From the NCBI GenBank assembly GCA_050949175.1, contig JBMNFG010000010.1:222186-286185 (forward strand): a stretch of 64,000 bases of DNA. Direction: 5' to 3'. The DNA comes from Bacillota bacterium. GTDB taxonomy: Bacteria; Bacillota; SHA-98; UBA4971. The notes beneath the pieces were generated by a model. That model saw only the letters and a list, made by a program, of their open reading frames with translations, did no database searches and was not told where the DNA came from. Position 1 is the stretch's first letter. The number at the start of each line of letters is the position of its first letter. Shown here in pieces: positions 47,514 through 57,286 of the stretch. A program made the position numbers and the translations under genes.

Positions 47514-49217
47514 TCAGTTGAGGTGGTGTCCCATATCGAAGATCCTGGACAAGCGGAGAGCGGTCTGAAGGGAAAGACGTTGGTCGGCATGATTGGGATC
47601 GAGGCCTGTAAGCTCTTTGATCTTTCGCAGACGGTAAAGGATCGTGTTGTAGTGAGCATACATCAACTCAGCAGTCTGTCGGGCGTTGCCGTTAGTGCTG
47701 AAGTACGCCTCAAGAGTCTTTAGGAGTTCCCCTCCCTTAGACGCGTCATATTCGCGAAGCTTTCCTACGATTTCATCGGCAAATCGCCTTTGCTCGTTAA
47801 CATCTGCCTGACCCAGTAGAAGGCCGTATATACCCAGCATCTCATAGTGGATATCCATGCCTTTTCCGAAAATGACTTTACCGAGGTCCAAGGCTACTTT
47901 AGCCTCTCTGAAACCTTTCTTTATTCCCGCTACACCCCGTACACGCCGGCTTATGCCTGAACTTACAGTCCACCTTCCAAGGTTACTACGGGCTTTCTTG
48001 AGCAAACGCTCAGTCCAAGCGGGAGTATCATCTAATTCCACTTCCTCCGGATGTACAAACAGGAGGATTCCACTGGCATGCCGGGTGAGAATATGCCTGA
48101 GGCGATTTCTCCTGCAAAACTCTGAAATAACGGTTGTAGCCTGCGTTTTTGCCAGTTGACATGCTTTCTCATACTCCGTGATATTAGCGATTTCCTTTGA
48201 TGGCAGGACATCTAAGAGGATGGTTACGTAGTCGAGACTCAAATCCCATCCGAACGTTTTGGCTCGTTCAAGGAACCCTTCTTCTATGGGATTGTCTGAA
48301 GAAAATAGTTGATCCAGAAACTCTGTCCGGTATTTCTGCTCTACCTGAGCCACGTCGTGAAACCGTATTATGTCAAGGGCAATAAGCGGGCAAAGTCTCT
48401 CAAGGCTGTATAAGTCGGTCACAGTAAACTCCCCGAAGAACTTAACCGCGGTAAGGGCCCCTAACTGCTCGTTTGCAGCGGTAACCGGGGCACGGATTAT
48501 TTCAGCTTTAAAGCCTTCTGTCTCAACCTGGCTGCGCTTGAACCAAAGCACAGAGCCTTCCACACGATCAGTAAAAGTCTCAGGTTCAAGGTGTTCGGTA
48601 GGCCTATCGAGCAAGTCGCCTATCACACCCTCGTTAGAAGGCCCCCAGCACATGCCTGAGACTGAACGTCTCAGGTTTAAGGAGTCATCTATAGATACGA
48701 CTGCCTGGAGAAGGTCTGCTGCTGCGCCCGATATCTCGTGTAGACTTCCTCCTTGCAGAAGGAGGTTTATAACCTTTCTGTGAGCAGCTAGGCTACCATG
48801 GACAAATCTGCTTTGGCGATTGACAAGTTCTGCTAATACGGCTGATATGAGGTCAGAGAAGTTGGCTTCGCGGGGAAGCTCGAGAAGAGCAATCCCTAGT
48901 TGATCTGCAGCAGTTATCATGTGAGCAGGTATTGCGTCTATGTACCGTTTCGGCTTCATACCGAGCACTGCCAGGCCTTTTCTGGCAAGAGTCGGCAGCA
49001 AGGCCTTCTGGGCGTCCGGGTTGTCTTTAATGGCGTAGCCTGTTGTAAGGAGCATGTCTCCTTCTCGTACCCAGTCAAGGATATCAGGGACTTCCATGAC
49101 GTTAATGTTAGTGACAACCCGCTCCAGACCGGATTTTCCTCCGGCTACGGTGACTCCGGAAAATTCAGGCAACTCCAGGATCTCTCTGACAGTGATTCCG
49201 ACTTCATGAAACATCAT
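47514..49217 (-). CDS. pucR: PucR-family transcriptional regulator (purine catabolism regulator type)
   Basis: The N-terminal PucR domain starts with ITVREILELPEF. The C-terminal HTH is NARQTAELMYAHYNTILYRLRKIKELTG. ATG at 49217 lies 6 nt after GGAGGG. Confidence 0.85.
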   Translation of the reverse strand: MMFHEVGITVREILELPEFSGVTVAGGKSGLERVVTNINVMEVPDILDWVREGDMLLTTGYAIKDNPDAQKALLPTLARKGLAVLGMKPKRYIDAIPAHMITAADQLGIALLELPREANFSDLISAVLAELVNRQSRFVHGSLAAHRKVINLLLQGGSLHEISGAAADLLQAVVSIDDSLNLRRSVSGMCWGPSNEGVIGDLLDRPTEHLEPETFTDRVEGSVLWFKRSQVETEGFKAEIIRAPVTAANEQLGALTAVKFFGEFTVTDLYSLERLCPLIALDIIRFHDVAQVEQKYRTEFLDQLFSSDNPIEEGFLERAKTFGWDLSLDYVTILLDVLPSKEIANITEYEKACQLAKTQATTVISEFCRRNRLRHILTRHASGILLFVHPEEVELDDTPAWTERLLKKARSNLGRWTVSSGISRRVRGVAGIKKGFREAKVALDLGKVIFGKGMDIHYEMLGIYGLLLGQADVNEQRRFADEIVGKLREYDASKGGELLKTLEAYFSTNGNARQTAELMYAHYNTILYRLRKIKELTGLDPNHADQRLSLQTALRLSRIFDMGHHLN

Positions 49218-49403
49218 GTGAAACCCTCCATGAACCACCGGCAGTTAGTAACGAATCTCCGGATATGTTATCGCGATATTCTCTTTTTTCTATCTTTGTT
49301 TAGATTCGCCATATGTTCCCTGAATTCCTTTAATAAGTACAACAAAGGGGGCTTTGTTCAAGCCCCCTCACTACTGTATCAAACAGCTAAAGATGAACCG
49401 GGA

Positions 49404-50660
49404 TTATTCGCTGCCTTCAGATCCTGATTCTGACCTCGGCAGGACCTGGTTGAGGATTATACCTATTATGGCTGCAAGGCCCATTCCTCCAAACTGGAGG
49501 TTGCCCCATATCTGGATCATAGCGCCTCCGATACCTACAACCAGGATTACACTGGCAATAAACAAGTTCCTTGAATCCTTCAAGTCAACGTTGTTCTCTA
49601 CCATGGTTCTAACGCCAATAGCTGCGATCATACCAAAGAGTACAATAGATATTCCTCCGATGACCGGGTCAGGAATCGTCCTGATAGCTGCACCGAGCTT
49701 ATCAACGAACGCAAGTAAAATGGCGATTACTGCGGCTATCCTCATCACTTCAGGCTTCCAGACTTTCGTCAAAGCCAACACACCTGTGTTCTCTGAATAA
49801 GTTGTGTTAGCAGGTCCACCGAACAAGCCTGCAAGGGATGTAGCAACACCGTCTCCAAGAAGAGTCCTGGGAAGGCCTGGGTCTGCTACAAAGTCCTCTT
49901 CAACAGTTGCACCTACAGCCAGAATATCTCCTACATGCTCCACCATACTGGCAAAGGCTGCGGGGGCGATGATCCCAATGGCAGCAGCATCAAACACCGG
50001 CAATGTAAATCTCGGAACTCCTATCCATGCTGCTTGAGCCACCGGTGTCGGATCAACATTACCTGTGATGAGACAGAGTATGTACCCCACGACAATTCCT
50101 GCAATAACCGGAAGCAACCTAAGGAAGCCTTTTACGTATAGGTTTACAATGGCAACTGTAGCAAGGACAATCAATGCAATAGGCCAGTTCTGGCTTGCAC
50201 TTTCAATGGCCGTAGGTGCCAGGTTCAATCCTATTACCATAATGATAGGCCCTGTAATCACAGGCGGGAGTATACGCGGCATGAACTCAGGACCGAGAAA
50301 ATGGATGAGAATTCCGAAAGCTACGTAGAGAAGACCTGCTACAATGATTCCTCCCTGAGCTGCCGGAATTCCCTTCTCCGCCACAACCAATGCTACCGGT
50401 GCAATAAACGCGAAGGATGATCCCAAGAATACCGGCACTTTTCCTTTGGTGACAAGATGGAACCATAAAGTACCGATTCCTGCAGTGAACAAGGCTACGC
50501 TAACATCAAGGCCTGTCAGGAGTGGGACAAGAACTGTGGCGCCGAACATTGTAAAAGCGTGTTGAAGACCAAGTATGAGCGATTGCTCTGTAGACAGATA
50601 GTCTCCGGCTCTAATCGGCCCCGTAATCCTCGTGTTAACTGTTGGCTTGGTACTCGCCAT
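49404..50660 (-). CDS. NCS2-family nucleobase:cation symporter (uracil/xanthine permease)
   Basis: 418-aa polytopic protein. Motifs are LGLQHAFTMFGATVLVPLLTG and GPANTTYSENTGVLALTKV. Confidence 0.88.
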   Translation of the reverse strand: MASTKPTVNTRITGPIRAGDYLSTEQSLILGLQHAFTMFGATVLVPLLTGLDVSVALFTAGIGTLWFHLVTKGKVPVFLGSSFAFIAPVALVVAEKGIPAAQGGIIVAGLLYVAFGILIHFLGPEFMPRILPPVITGPIIMVIGLNLAPTAIESASQNWPIALIVLATVAIVNLYVKGFLRLLPVIAGIVVGYILCLITGNVDPTPVAQAAWIGVPRFTLPVFDAAAIGIIAPAAFASMVEHVGDILAVGATVEEDFVADPGLPRTLLGDGVATSLAGLFGGPANTTYSENTGVLALTKVWKPEVMRIAAVIAILLAFVDKLGAAIRTIPDPVIGGISIVLFGMIAAIGVRTMVENNVDLKDSRNLFIASVILVVGIGGAMIQIWGNLQFGGMGLAAIIGIILNQVLPRSESGSEGSE

Positions 50661-50708
50661 TACTTTTTTCCTCCCTTCGTGCTCCTTCGCCTATTATTCC
50701 GTGGATAA

Positions 50709-53057
50709 TCAGCGATCGGATGCACTAGCTCTCTCTTTAAGCGCCCAATACACCTTTTCCGATGTCATGGGTAATGTCGTCAGCCTTATGCCTGCTGCAT
50801 GATACAGCGCGTTGGCAATAGCAGGAGGCGTTGGTACCATGACATGCTCCCCTATACCTCTGGCTCCGTACGGTCCGTCTTCTTGAGGAACCTCTACGAA
50901 GTCAACGAGCAACTCACCAGGTATATCGGCTGCAGTTGATATCTTATAATCAATATACGACGGATTCAAGAGTTTTCCTTGCTCGTCGAATTTAAGTTCC
51001 TCAAGTAAGCCTATACTTATACCCTGCACTACACCTCCTTCCACTTGCGTACTGGCAGTGATTGGGTTTATGACCCGTCCGGCATCGTACACTGCAACAA
51101 CTTTGAGGACATCTATTTTTCCGGTCTCAACATCAAGCTCAATCTCTACAGCTTGAGCTCCATAGGTCCAGTTGGCTACCGGTTTCTCACTCTGTCCGGT
51201 CTCAGGATCCATAGCGCTAATCCCTTCAGGGATGAATTTCCCTCTTCCTATTATAGGCCCACCATAGCCGCTGTAGTCAGGGAGGGTGACACCCAGCGAC
51301 AATTGACCTATGTGGACAGACCGCTTAGGATCGCTCTTTACAAAAACCATACTGTCTGCAATGTCGATGTCTTCAACAGGGACTCCGAAGTACTTTGAAG
51401 CATGATCCAGGACCTGGCGTCTGGCATCTTGGGCTGCAGCCATGACTGCTCTGCCACAGGAGAACGTAATCCTGCTGGCTACAGTCTGCCATTCATAGGC
51501 ACTTGTATCTGTATCAACAGGCAGAACCTTTACATCTTCGTATCTGACTCCGAGTTCATTGGCTGCTATCTGGGCTAAGGCTGTAAACGAGCCTTGTCCG
51601 AGTTCCTGGGCACCAATGCTCAAGTACACAGTTCCATCATCATTCACCTTGATGAGAGCTGAGGATGCGGCATCATTGGGCATGGCAGGGGCTTTGGTCA
51701 TGCAAGCGATTCCCTTTGCCCTGACCTTCTTTGTGCCCGGTTTGACAACGCCGGGGCCGGTAACCTCTTCCCAACCGATGAGTTCCACAGCTTTCTCAAG
51801 GCATTGCTCGATGCCTGGGTTGCGAAGCACCTGACCTGTTGCGTTTGTGGAGCCGTCCCTTTGCAGGTTGACCCTGCGGACCTCGACCGGATCCATTCCC
51901 AGTTCATGAGCAATCCTGTCTATGTGCTGCTCCATTGCCCAGTGGTTCTCACCGTGGCCGAATCCCCTTAGCGGGCCGCCCACGGGCTTGTTTGTGTATA
52001 CGCAATATGAATCCGTCTTCATATTAGGTATGTCATACACACCGGATGAGCTGTATCCCGCTGCTCTTGTCACGTTTACTCCATACTCCGTATACGCGCC
52101 TGCATCCCAGTACATCTCGAACTCCTGGGCAGTGATTCTGCCGTTGCGTTTTACGCCGGTCTTGAGACGGCATAACATTCCCTGCCTGACAAAGGTGTCT
52201 CTGAATTCCTCTTCCCTTGTACATACCAGCTTAACCGGTCTGCCTTTGCATTTCATCGCAAGGGGCACCAGAGTAGCCTCAACGTTGAGGCCGGCTTTGC
52301 CGCCGAAACCCCCGCCGACGTACGGCGCGATAACCCTTACCTTATTCATGGGTATACCCAGGCTCTGGCTTAAGATGCTGCGCATTGCAAAGGGAGACTG
52401 AGAACTTGCCCACATTGTCAGCTTGCAGTTGTGATCATAGAGAGCTATTGCAGCATGAGGCTCGATAGGTGAATGCTGAATATGAGGGACCCAGTACTCA
52501 CCTTCAACTATCAGGTCTGCCTCAGCAAATCCCTTTTCAAGATCGCCTTTGCGTATTCTAAAATGGTTGCTTATGTTGGTGTGGGGTACAGGGTAGAAAG
52601 CAGGGCCAATCTCATACGTATGAAGGTCAGGGTGGACAAGGCAGGCGTCGGGTTTTATCGCTTCTCTGATGTCCAGCACACAGGGAAGCTCTTCATATTC
52701 GACTTCTATCAGTTCTAGGGCTTTTTCCGCAACCTCCACAGACTCAGCTGCGACACCTGCAACAGGTTCTCCGTAGTAGCGCACTTTGTCAATGGCATAA
52801 GGTGTACGGTCTTTCAAGTAAAGCCCCATCCTATACGGAAAATCCTTCCCTGTGACAACAGCCTTTACACCAGGCAGTTCCTGTGCTTTACTTGTATCAA
52901 TCCGTACAATACGCGCATGCGCATAAGGACTTCTCAAAAGCTTAACATACAGCATTCCGGGAAACTTCAGATCTCCTGCATAACGTGCGGCCCCGGTCAC
53001 CTTTTCCAATGCGTCGTTTCGCCTGACGCCTACACCGATATAGGCTTCGCGTGCCAC
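50709..53057 (-). CDS. xanthine dehydrogenase / aldehyde oxidase family molybdopterin-binding large subunit
   Basis: 782 aa with the a/b hammerhead and Mo-binding domains (GGGFGGK, GPLRGFG, ARGIGE). Confidence 0.9.
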   Translation of the reverse strand: MAREAYIGVGVRRNDALEKVTGAARYAGDLKFPGMLYVKLLRSPYAHARIVRIDTSKAQELPGVKAVVTGKDFPYRMGLYLKDRTPYAIDKVRYYGEPVAGVAAESVEVAEKALELIEVEYEELPCVLDIREAIKPDACLVHPDLHTYEIGPAFYPVPHTNISNHFRIRKGDLEKGFAEADLIVEGEYWVPHIQHSPIEPHAAIALYDHNCKLTMWASSQSPFAMRSILSQSLGIPMNKVRVIAPYVGGGFGGKAGLNVEATLVPLAMKCKGRPVKLVCTREEEFRDTFVRQGMLCRLKTGVKRNGRITAQEFEMYWDAGAYTEYGVNVTRAAGYSSSGVYDIPNMKTDSYCVYTNKPVGGPLRGFGHGENHWAMEQHIDRIAHELGMDPVEVRRVNLQRDGSTNATGQVLRNPGIEQCLEKAVELIGWEEVTGPGVVKPGTKKVRAKGIACMTKAPAMPNDAASSALIKVNDDGTVYLSIGAQELGQGSFTALAQIAANELGVRYEDVKVLPVDTDTSAYEWQTVASRITFSCGRAVMAAAQDARRQVLDHASKYFGVPVEDIDIADSMVFVKSDPKRSVHIGQLSLGVTLPDYSGYGGPIIGRGKFIPEGISAMDPETGQSEKPVANWTYGAQAVEIELDVETGKIDVLKVVAVYDAGRVINPITASTQVEGGVVQGISIGLLEELKFDEQGKLLNPSYIDYKISTAADIPGELLVDFVEVPQEDGPYGARGIGEHVMVPTPPAIANALYHAAGIRLTTLPMTSEKVYWALKERASASDR

Positions 53058-53548
53058 TATCCCTCACTCCCCTTTTCCTGGGAATCGGAGCTTCCTGCAA
53101 CCTGCATTATTGCGTCGACTATACGAGCATACCCTGTGCACCTGCACAGATTCCCGCTTATCGCCTGAACAACTTCATCCCGAGTAGGGTTCGGGTTTCG
53201 CATTAGGAAGCCTTTGGCTGTCATGACTATCCCCGGCGTGCAGTACCCGCATTGAAGTGCGCTGTTATCGACTATACTCTCCTGGATCGGATCGAGGCGG
53301 CCCTCATCGCAAATGCCTTCTACAGTAAGCACTTCTTTACCGTCGGCTTCCACAGCCAGCATCAGGCATGAGTTCACAGGCACACCGTCTACCAGGACTG
53401 TGCAGGCTCCGCATTCTCCTTTTCCGCATCCCTCTTTGGCACCTGTCAAATCCAACTCTTCCCGGAGGAAGTCTAACAGTCTCATATGGGAGGATACTTC
53501 TGCTTCAACACGACAACCATTAACCGTCATCTTTATCTTGTGCATCAC
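53057..53548 (-). CDS. (2Fe-2S)-binding small subunit of the molybdenum hydroxylase
   Basis: GCGKGECGACTVLVDG and QCGYCTPG cluster motifs. Confidence 0.93.
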   Translation of the reverse strand: MMHKIKMTVNGCRVEAEVSSHMRLLDFLREELDLTGAKEGCGKGECGACTVLVDGVPVNSCLMLAVEADGKEVLTVEGICDEGRLDPIQESIVDNSALQCGYCTPGIVMTAKGFLMRNPNPTRDEVVQAISGNLCRCTGYARIVDAIMQVAGSSDSQEKGSEG

Positions 53549-53556
53549 AGCTCACT

Positions 53557-54441
53557 TCACCTCCTAAGTGCTGCAAGGCCTGAAAGAGCTCGCTCGATAG
53601 CGTTTCTGGTCAAGACTTCTGTCATTTCAAGGCGATAGTCCTTGCTTCCTCTTAGGTCACTGATAGGCTTGACTTGCTCCCTTGCAATAGATGCAGCGTG
53701 AGCTATTGATTCTTCGTCTTTGCTGTCTCTTAGGACAGCCTCAGCTTCTCTCGCTCTTATAGGAGTAGGCGCTACCGCTCCAAGAGCAATACGGACTTCT
53801 CCGTTTGCCAAGGCCAGGCAGGCTACACCTACGATGGATAAGTCCAAGGCATTAGTTCTGCCTAGTTTCAGATACACACCGTATGATTGCACATCATTCT
53901 TGGGAAGCCAGATCTTATACAAGAATTCGCCCTGTTCAAGGACGGTCTGACCCGGCCCGACGAAGAACTCGTCCATAGGAATACGCCTGGATCCATTAGG
54001 CCCCCATGTCTCGACTTCAGCCTCATAGACTAACAATGCAGGAGCAGTATCAGCAGCAGGAGAAGCATTACATATGTTTCCGCCGATTGTCGCCCGGTTT
54101 CTGATTTGGAATGCTGCTACAGAATGGGCCCCCTGCGCCAACGCTCCGTACTCTTTTTGAATAAACTCATCTCCGGCAATGGCATTCATTGGTGTTGCTG
54201 CACCTATGGAGAGGCCTTCCCCATTCCCGTACTCTATTCCGTTGATTCCTTCGATTGGCTTGAGGTCTATCACTGTCTTCGGCTTCAGTTTTCTGTCATG
54301 GATAAGAACAAACAGATCTGTTCCGCCTGCGAGGAACCTGCCGGCAGCCCCTGCTTCAGCGGCAAGCCTAACAGCATCCTCACGAGTTTCGGCACGTACA
54401 TAATCGAAAGGTAACAGCACCGGTCGCCCTCCCTTCAACAT
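53557..54441 (-). CDS. FAD-binding medium subunit (CoxM/XdhB type)
   Basis: FLAGGTDL and IGGNICNASPAAD motifs. Confidence 0.88.
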   Translation of the reverse strand: MLKGGRPVLLPFDYVRAETREDAVRLAAEAGAAGRFLAGGTDLFVLIHDRKLKPKTVIDLKPIEGINGIEYGNGEGLSIGAATPMNAIAGDEFIQKEYGALAQGAHSVAAFQIRNRATIGGNICNASPAADTAPALLVYEAEVETWGPNGSRRIPMDEFFVGPGQTVLEQGEFLYKIWLPKNDVQSYGVYLKLGRTNALDLSIVGVACLALANGEVRIALGAVAPTPIRAREAEAVLRDSKDEESIAHAASIAREQVKPISDLRGSKDYRLEMTEVLTRNAIERALSGLAALRR

Positions 54442-54664
54442 GTCCCTGCGGCCTTGTAAATCGTGCCTGCAGTGGCATTTTAGTCACAATATGCCTTGTT
54501 TCGAATTTCTTGAGCCCGGTTTGGATACCCTTCGTAAAATTACACAAAATCTTCCATAACGAAGTATGCAATCATCACAATATACAGATTTCTTCAGGTA
54601 AAAAGCAGTTTTCTGGAGTTTCTGACCGGTGTGGTTTAAAGAGAGGTTGCCAGAAATGAAAACA

Positions 54665-54684
54665 GGCGGGACCGGAATCCCGCC
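54665..54684 (-). terminator. intrinsic terminator after lpdA, marking the upstream boundary of the catabolic island
   Basis: GGCGGGA ttccgg TCCCGCC followed by TGTTTTCATTTCT on the minus strand. Confidence 0.75.
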
Positions 54685-54718
54685 AAAACCGGTATACACC
54701 GTTATTGAAGATCAACTC

Positions 54719-56098
54719 TTACACATGTATTGCCATGCCATACGCAGCCTCAGCTGCTTCCACCAGTGACTCGGCAAGTGTAGGGTGGGCGTGCATTGTA
54801 TCTGTAAACTCTCCCAGCGTCATACGGGTTCGCACCGCCAGCGTAGGCTCAGCAATAAGGTCTGTTGCATTCGGACCGACAATGTGGACGCCAAGGATTA
54901 CGTCGGTGACTGCATCAGCGATAACCTTGACGAACCCATCAGCCTGCCCCATGGCTAATGCCTTACCGCTGGCTCTGAAAGGAAATGTCCCTATCTTGAC
55001 ATCAAGGCTTCGCTCTTTTGCCTGAGCTTCATTTATTCCGACGCTTGCCACCTCAGGTACGGTGAATATTGCACTTGGAACTGCGTCGTAATTCATACGA
55101 CGCTCCTCTCCTGCAATGTTATGGACAGCAGTTATCCCTTCGTACGATGCAACATGGGCCAGCATGACAGTACCGACGACATCGCCGATAGCATATGTAT
55201 TCTCGATGTTTGTCTCCATTTTGTCGTTAACCACGATTTCGCCGCGCGCTGTCACCTCTACCCCTAACTTCTCCAGGCCAATCCCTTCGGAGTTAGCTTT
55301 CCGTCCCACGGACAATAAGGCTTTCTCTGCTACAAGCTCCTCGCCTGAATCAAGGGCTGCTACAACTCCACCGTTTACCTGGCTAATCTTTTCGATTCTC
55401 ACGCCACACTTAACGCCAACGCCTTCTTTTTTCAGAGAAGCCATGATAGCTTGAGAGATATCCGGATCCTCCATCGGGAGTACAGTAGGCATGATATCGA
55501 CAACAGTCACTTTACTTCCGAGGCTTGAGAATATGAAAGCCAGCTCGCATCCGATGACACCGCCTCCGACAACAAGGAGGGATTCAGGGACATCTGAAAA
55601 ATCCAATGCTTCATCGCTGGTAATGACAGTGCTTCCGTTATAACCGAAGGTCGGGAATACCAAAGGCCTTGACCCTGTTGCAATTATTGTGTTTCTTGCC
55701 TGTATCTCCACAGACTCATTTTGTGAATCCACTACAATCCTTCCGGGTGCAACAAGCCGGCCTGTCCCGTTTATGACATTGACTTTAGCCCTCTTCAGGA
55801 GAAAACCTACACCTGCTCTAAGACGCGAGACCACCTTGTTTTTCCTGGCTATCATCTTGTGGAAATCCACTGACACTTCTTTTGCTTCTACCCCGAATTC
55901 CCCCAACCTCTTGGCAAGGGAGTAAGCTTCCATACTCGAAATCAGTGATTTTGTGGGAATACAGCCTCTGTTGAGACACGTGCCGCCAAGTTGATCCTTC
56001 TCGATGAGGCACACACTCTGCCCCAGTTGAGAAGCTCTAATTGCCGCAACGTATCCTCCGGGCCCTCCTCCAAGCACAGCAACGTCATATTCAAACAC
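54719..56098 (-). CDS. lpdA: dihydrolipoyl dehydrogenase
   Basis: VLGGGPGGYVAA, redox-active GGTCLNRGCIPTK and the C-terminal HAHPTL interface motif. Confidence 0.93.
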   Translation of the reverse strand: MFEYDVAVLGGGPGGYVAAIRASQLGQSVCLIEKDQLGGTCLNRGCIPTKSLISSMEAYSLAKRLGEFGVEAKEVSVDFHKMIARKNKVVSRLRAGVGFLLKRAKVNVINGTGRLVAPGRIVVDSQNESVEIQARNTIIATGSRPLVFPTFGYNGSTVITSDEALDFSDVPESLLVVGGGVIGCELAFIFSSLGSKVTVVDIMPTVLPMEDPDISQAIMASLKKEGVGVKCGVRIEKISQVNGGVVAALDSGEELVAEKALLSVGRKANSEGIGLEKLGVEVTARGEIVVNDKMETNIENTYAIGDVVGTVMLAHVASYEGITAVHNIAGEERRMNYDAVPSAIFTVPEVASVGINEAQAKERSLDVKIGTFPFRASGKALAMGQADGFVKVIADAVTDVILGVHIVGPNATDLIAEPTLAVRTRMTLGEFTDTMHAHPTLAESLVEAAEAAYGMAIHV

Positions 56099-56137
56099 AG
56101 AGCCACACTCCTTCTCTCCGTTCTTCCCTTAATCTCT

Positions 56138-57286
56138 CTACGTTCTGGACAGGTAAATCCGCGGAACCCGCCTGCTTATTCCACAAAGGATTTCATGGGC
56201 CACTGTACCGGCTCTCTCTGCGACGTCCTCTGCTGTAATCTCTTCATCTCCTTGCATTCCGATGATAATGACTTCATCTTCTGTGTCAACTTCGAAGTCT
56301 CCTGTAGATATCATGCATTCATCCATGCATACTCTCCCGACTACAGGAAACCTCTTGCCTCTTATGAGAACCTCTCCGCGGTTGGAAAGGGAACGAGGAA
56401 AACCGTCAGCGTATCCAATGGGAATAGTTGCGATTGTACAGTCGTTCTCTGTTGTGTAAGTAGCACCGTATCCTATGGAGGTTCCTCCGGGACATCTCTT
56501 GACGAAACCTACCTTTGTCTTAAGGGACAGAGCAGGTGTGATATCCAGCTCTCTCCTGAGCTTTCTCGCTCTTTCTCCGTGAACCGGAGTCAGCCCGTAC
56601 ATGAAGATCCCTGTTCTCACCAGATCAAACCTGGCTTCGGTCACGGTCAATGCTGCCATACTGTTGGCTGCATGGTAGTACTGGGCCTCAATTCCGCTGC
56701 GCCTGAGTGCGGAAATAATGTCATTAAAGCAGGAAAGCTGCCTGTCCAGAAAAGACCTGTCTTCATCCTCTGCAGTTGCAAAGTGTGTAAAGATACCTTC
56801 GATTTCTATGTTAGGCAGCATGGAAATGCGCTTTACAAAGCTTACTGTCTGGGCAGGGGTTACGCCTATACGCCCCATGCCTGTATCGACTTTTACATGG
56901 CACTTTGCCTTCTTTCCTTCTTTTACGGCAGCATTGGACAACGCCTCGGCAAACTCGTACGTAGCAGTCGCACATGCCAGGTTGTAACGCAAGGCTACCT
57001 GAGCCTGGGCAGGAAATAATTGAGCCAAAACTAAAATAGGAGCAATGATGCCTGATCTCCTGAGAGCTATACCTTCTTCTACCAGGGCCACCCCTAGCCA
57101 GGTCGCCCCATTATTCAGCACTGTTCGCGCTATAGGTATCGCTCCGTGCCCATAGGCGTCTGCTTTGACGACTCCCAGGATCTCGCAATCAGGCCCTACG
57201 GCCTTACGTATAGCCTGCATGTTTCGGGTTATACATGCAAGATCGATTTCAGCTATGGTTGGCCTGTCTCTCGGGACATCCCGCAT
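56138..57286 (-). CDS. alr: alanine racemase
   Basis: RPTIAEIDL start region and VVKADAYGHG PLP-lysine motif. Confidence 0.95.
   Translation of the reverse strand: MRDVPRDRPTIAEIDLACITRNMQAIRKAVGPDCEILGVVKADAYGHGAIPIARTVLNNGATWLGVALVEEGIALRRSGIIAPILVLAQLFPAQAQVALRYNLACATATYEFAEALSNAAVKEGKKAKCHVKVDTGMGRIGVTPAQTVSFVKRISMLPNIEIEGIFTHFATAEDEDRSFLDRQLSCFNDIISALRRSGIEAQYYHAANSMAALTVTEARFDLVRTGIFMYGLTPVHGERARKLRRELDITPALSLKTKVGFVKRCPGGTSIGYGATYTTENDCTIATIPIGYADGFPRSLSNRGEVLIRGKRFPVVGRVCMDECMISTGDFEVDTEDEVIIIGMQGDEEITAEDVAERAGTVAHEILCGISRRVPRIYLSRT

Noticed and set aside
33290-54441. Genomic island of phage or ICE origin
   Set aside because: No integrase, recombinase, transposase, conjugation or phage structural genes and no flanking direct repeats could be identified. 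The tRNA adjacency alone is insufficient, so it is reported only as a low-interest observation.
55991-57019. 342-aa plus-strand ORF. Other long antisense ORFs are similar, e.g. 42486-43331, 9494-10084, 7589-8296 and 25935-26444.
   Set aside because: All lie antisense to strongly conserved genes (lpdA/alr, cyclase/M42, infB, clpX). Their composition is low-complexity or Ser/Cys/Arg-rich. They lack RBS-start geometry and show no motif I recognise. They are shadow ORFs of the real genes.
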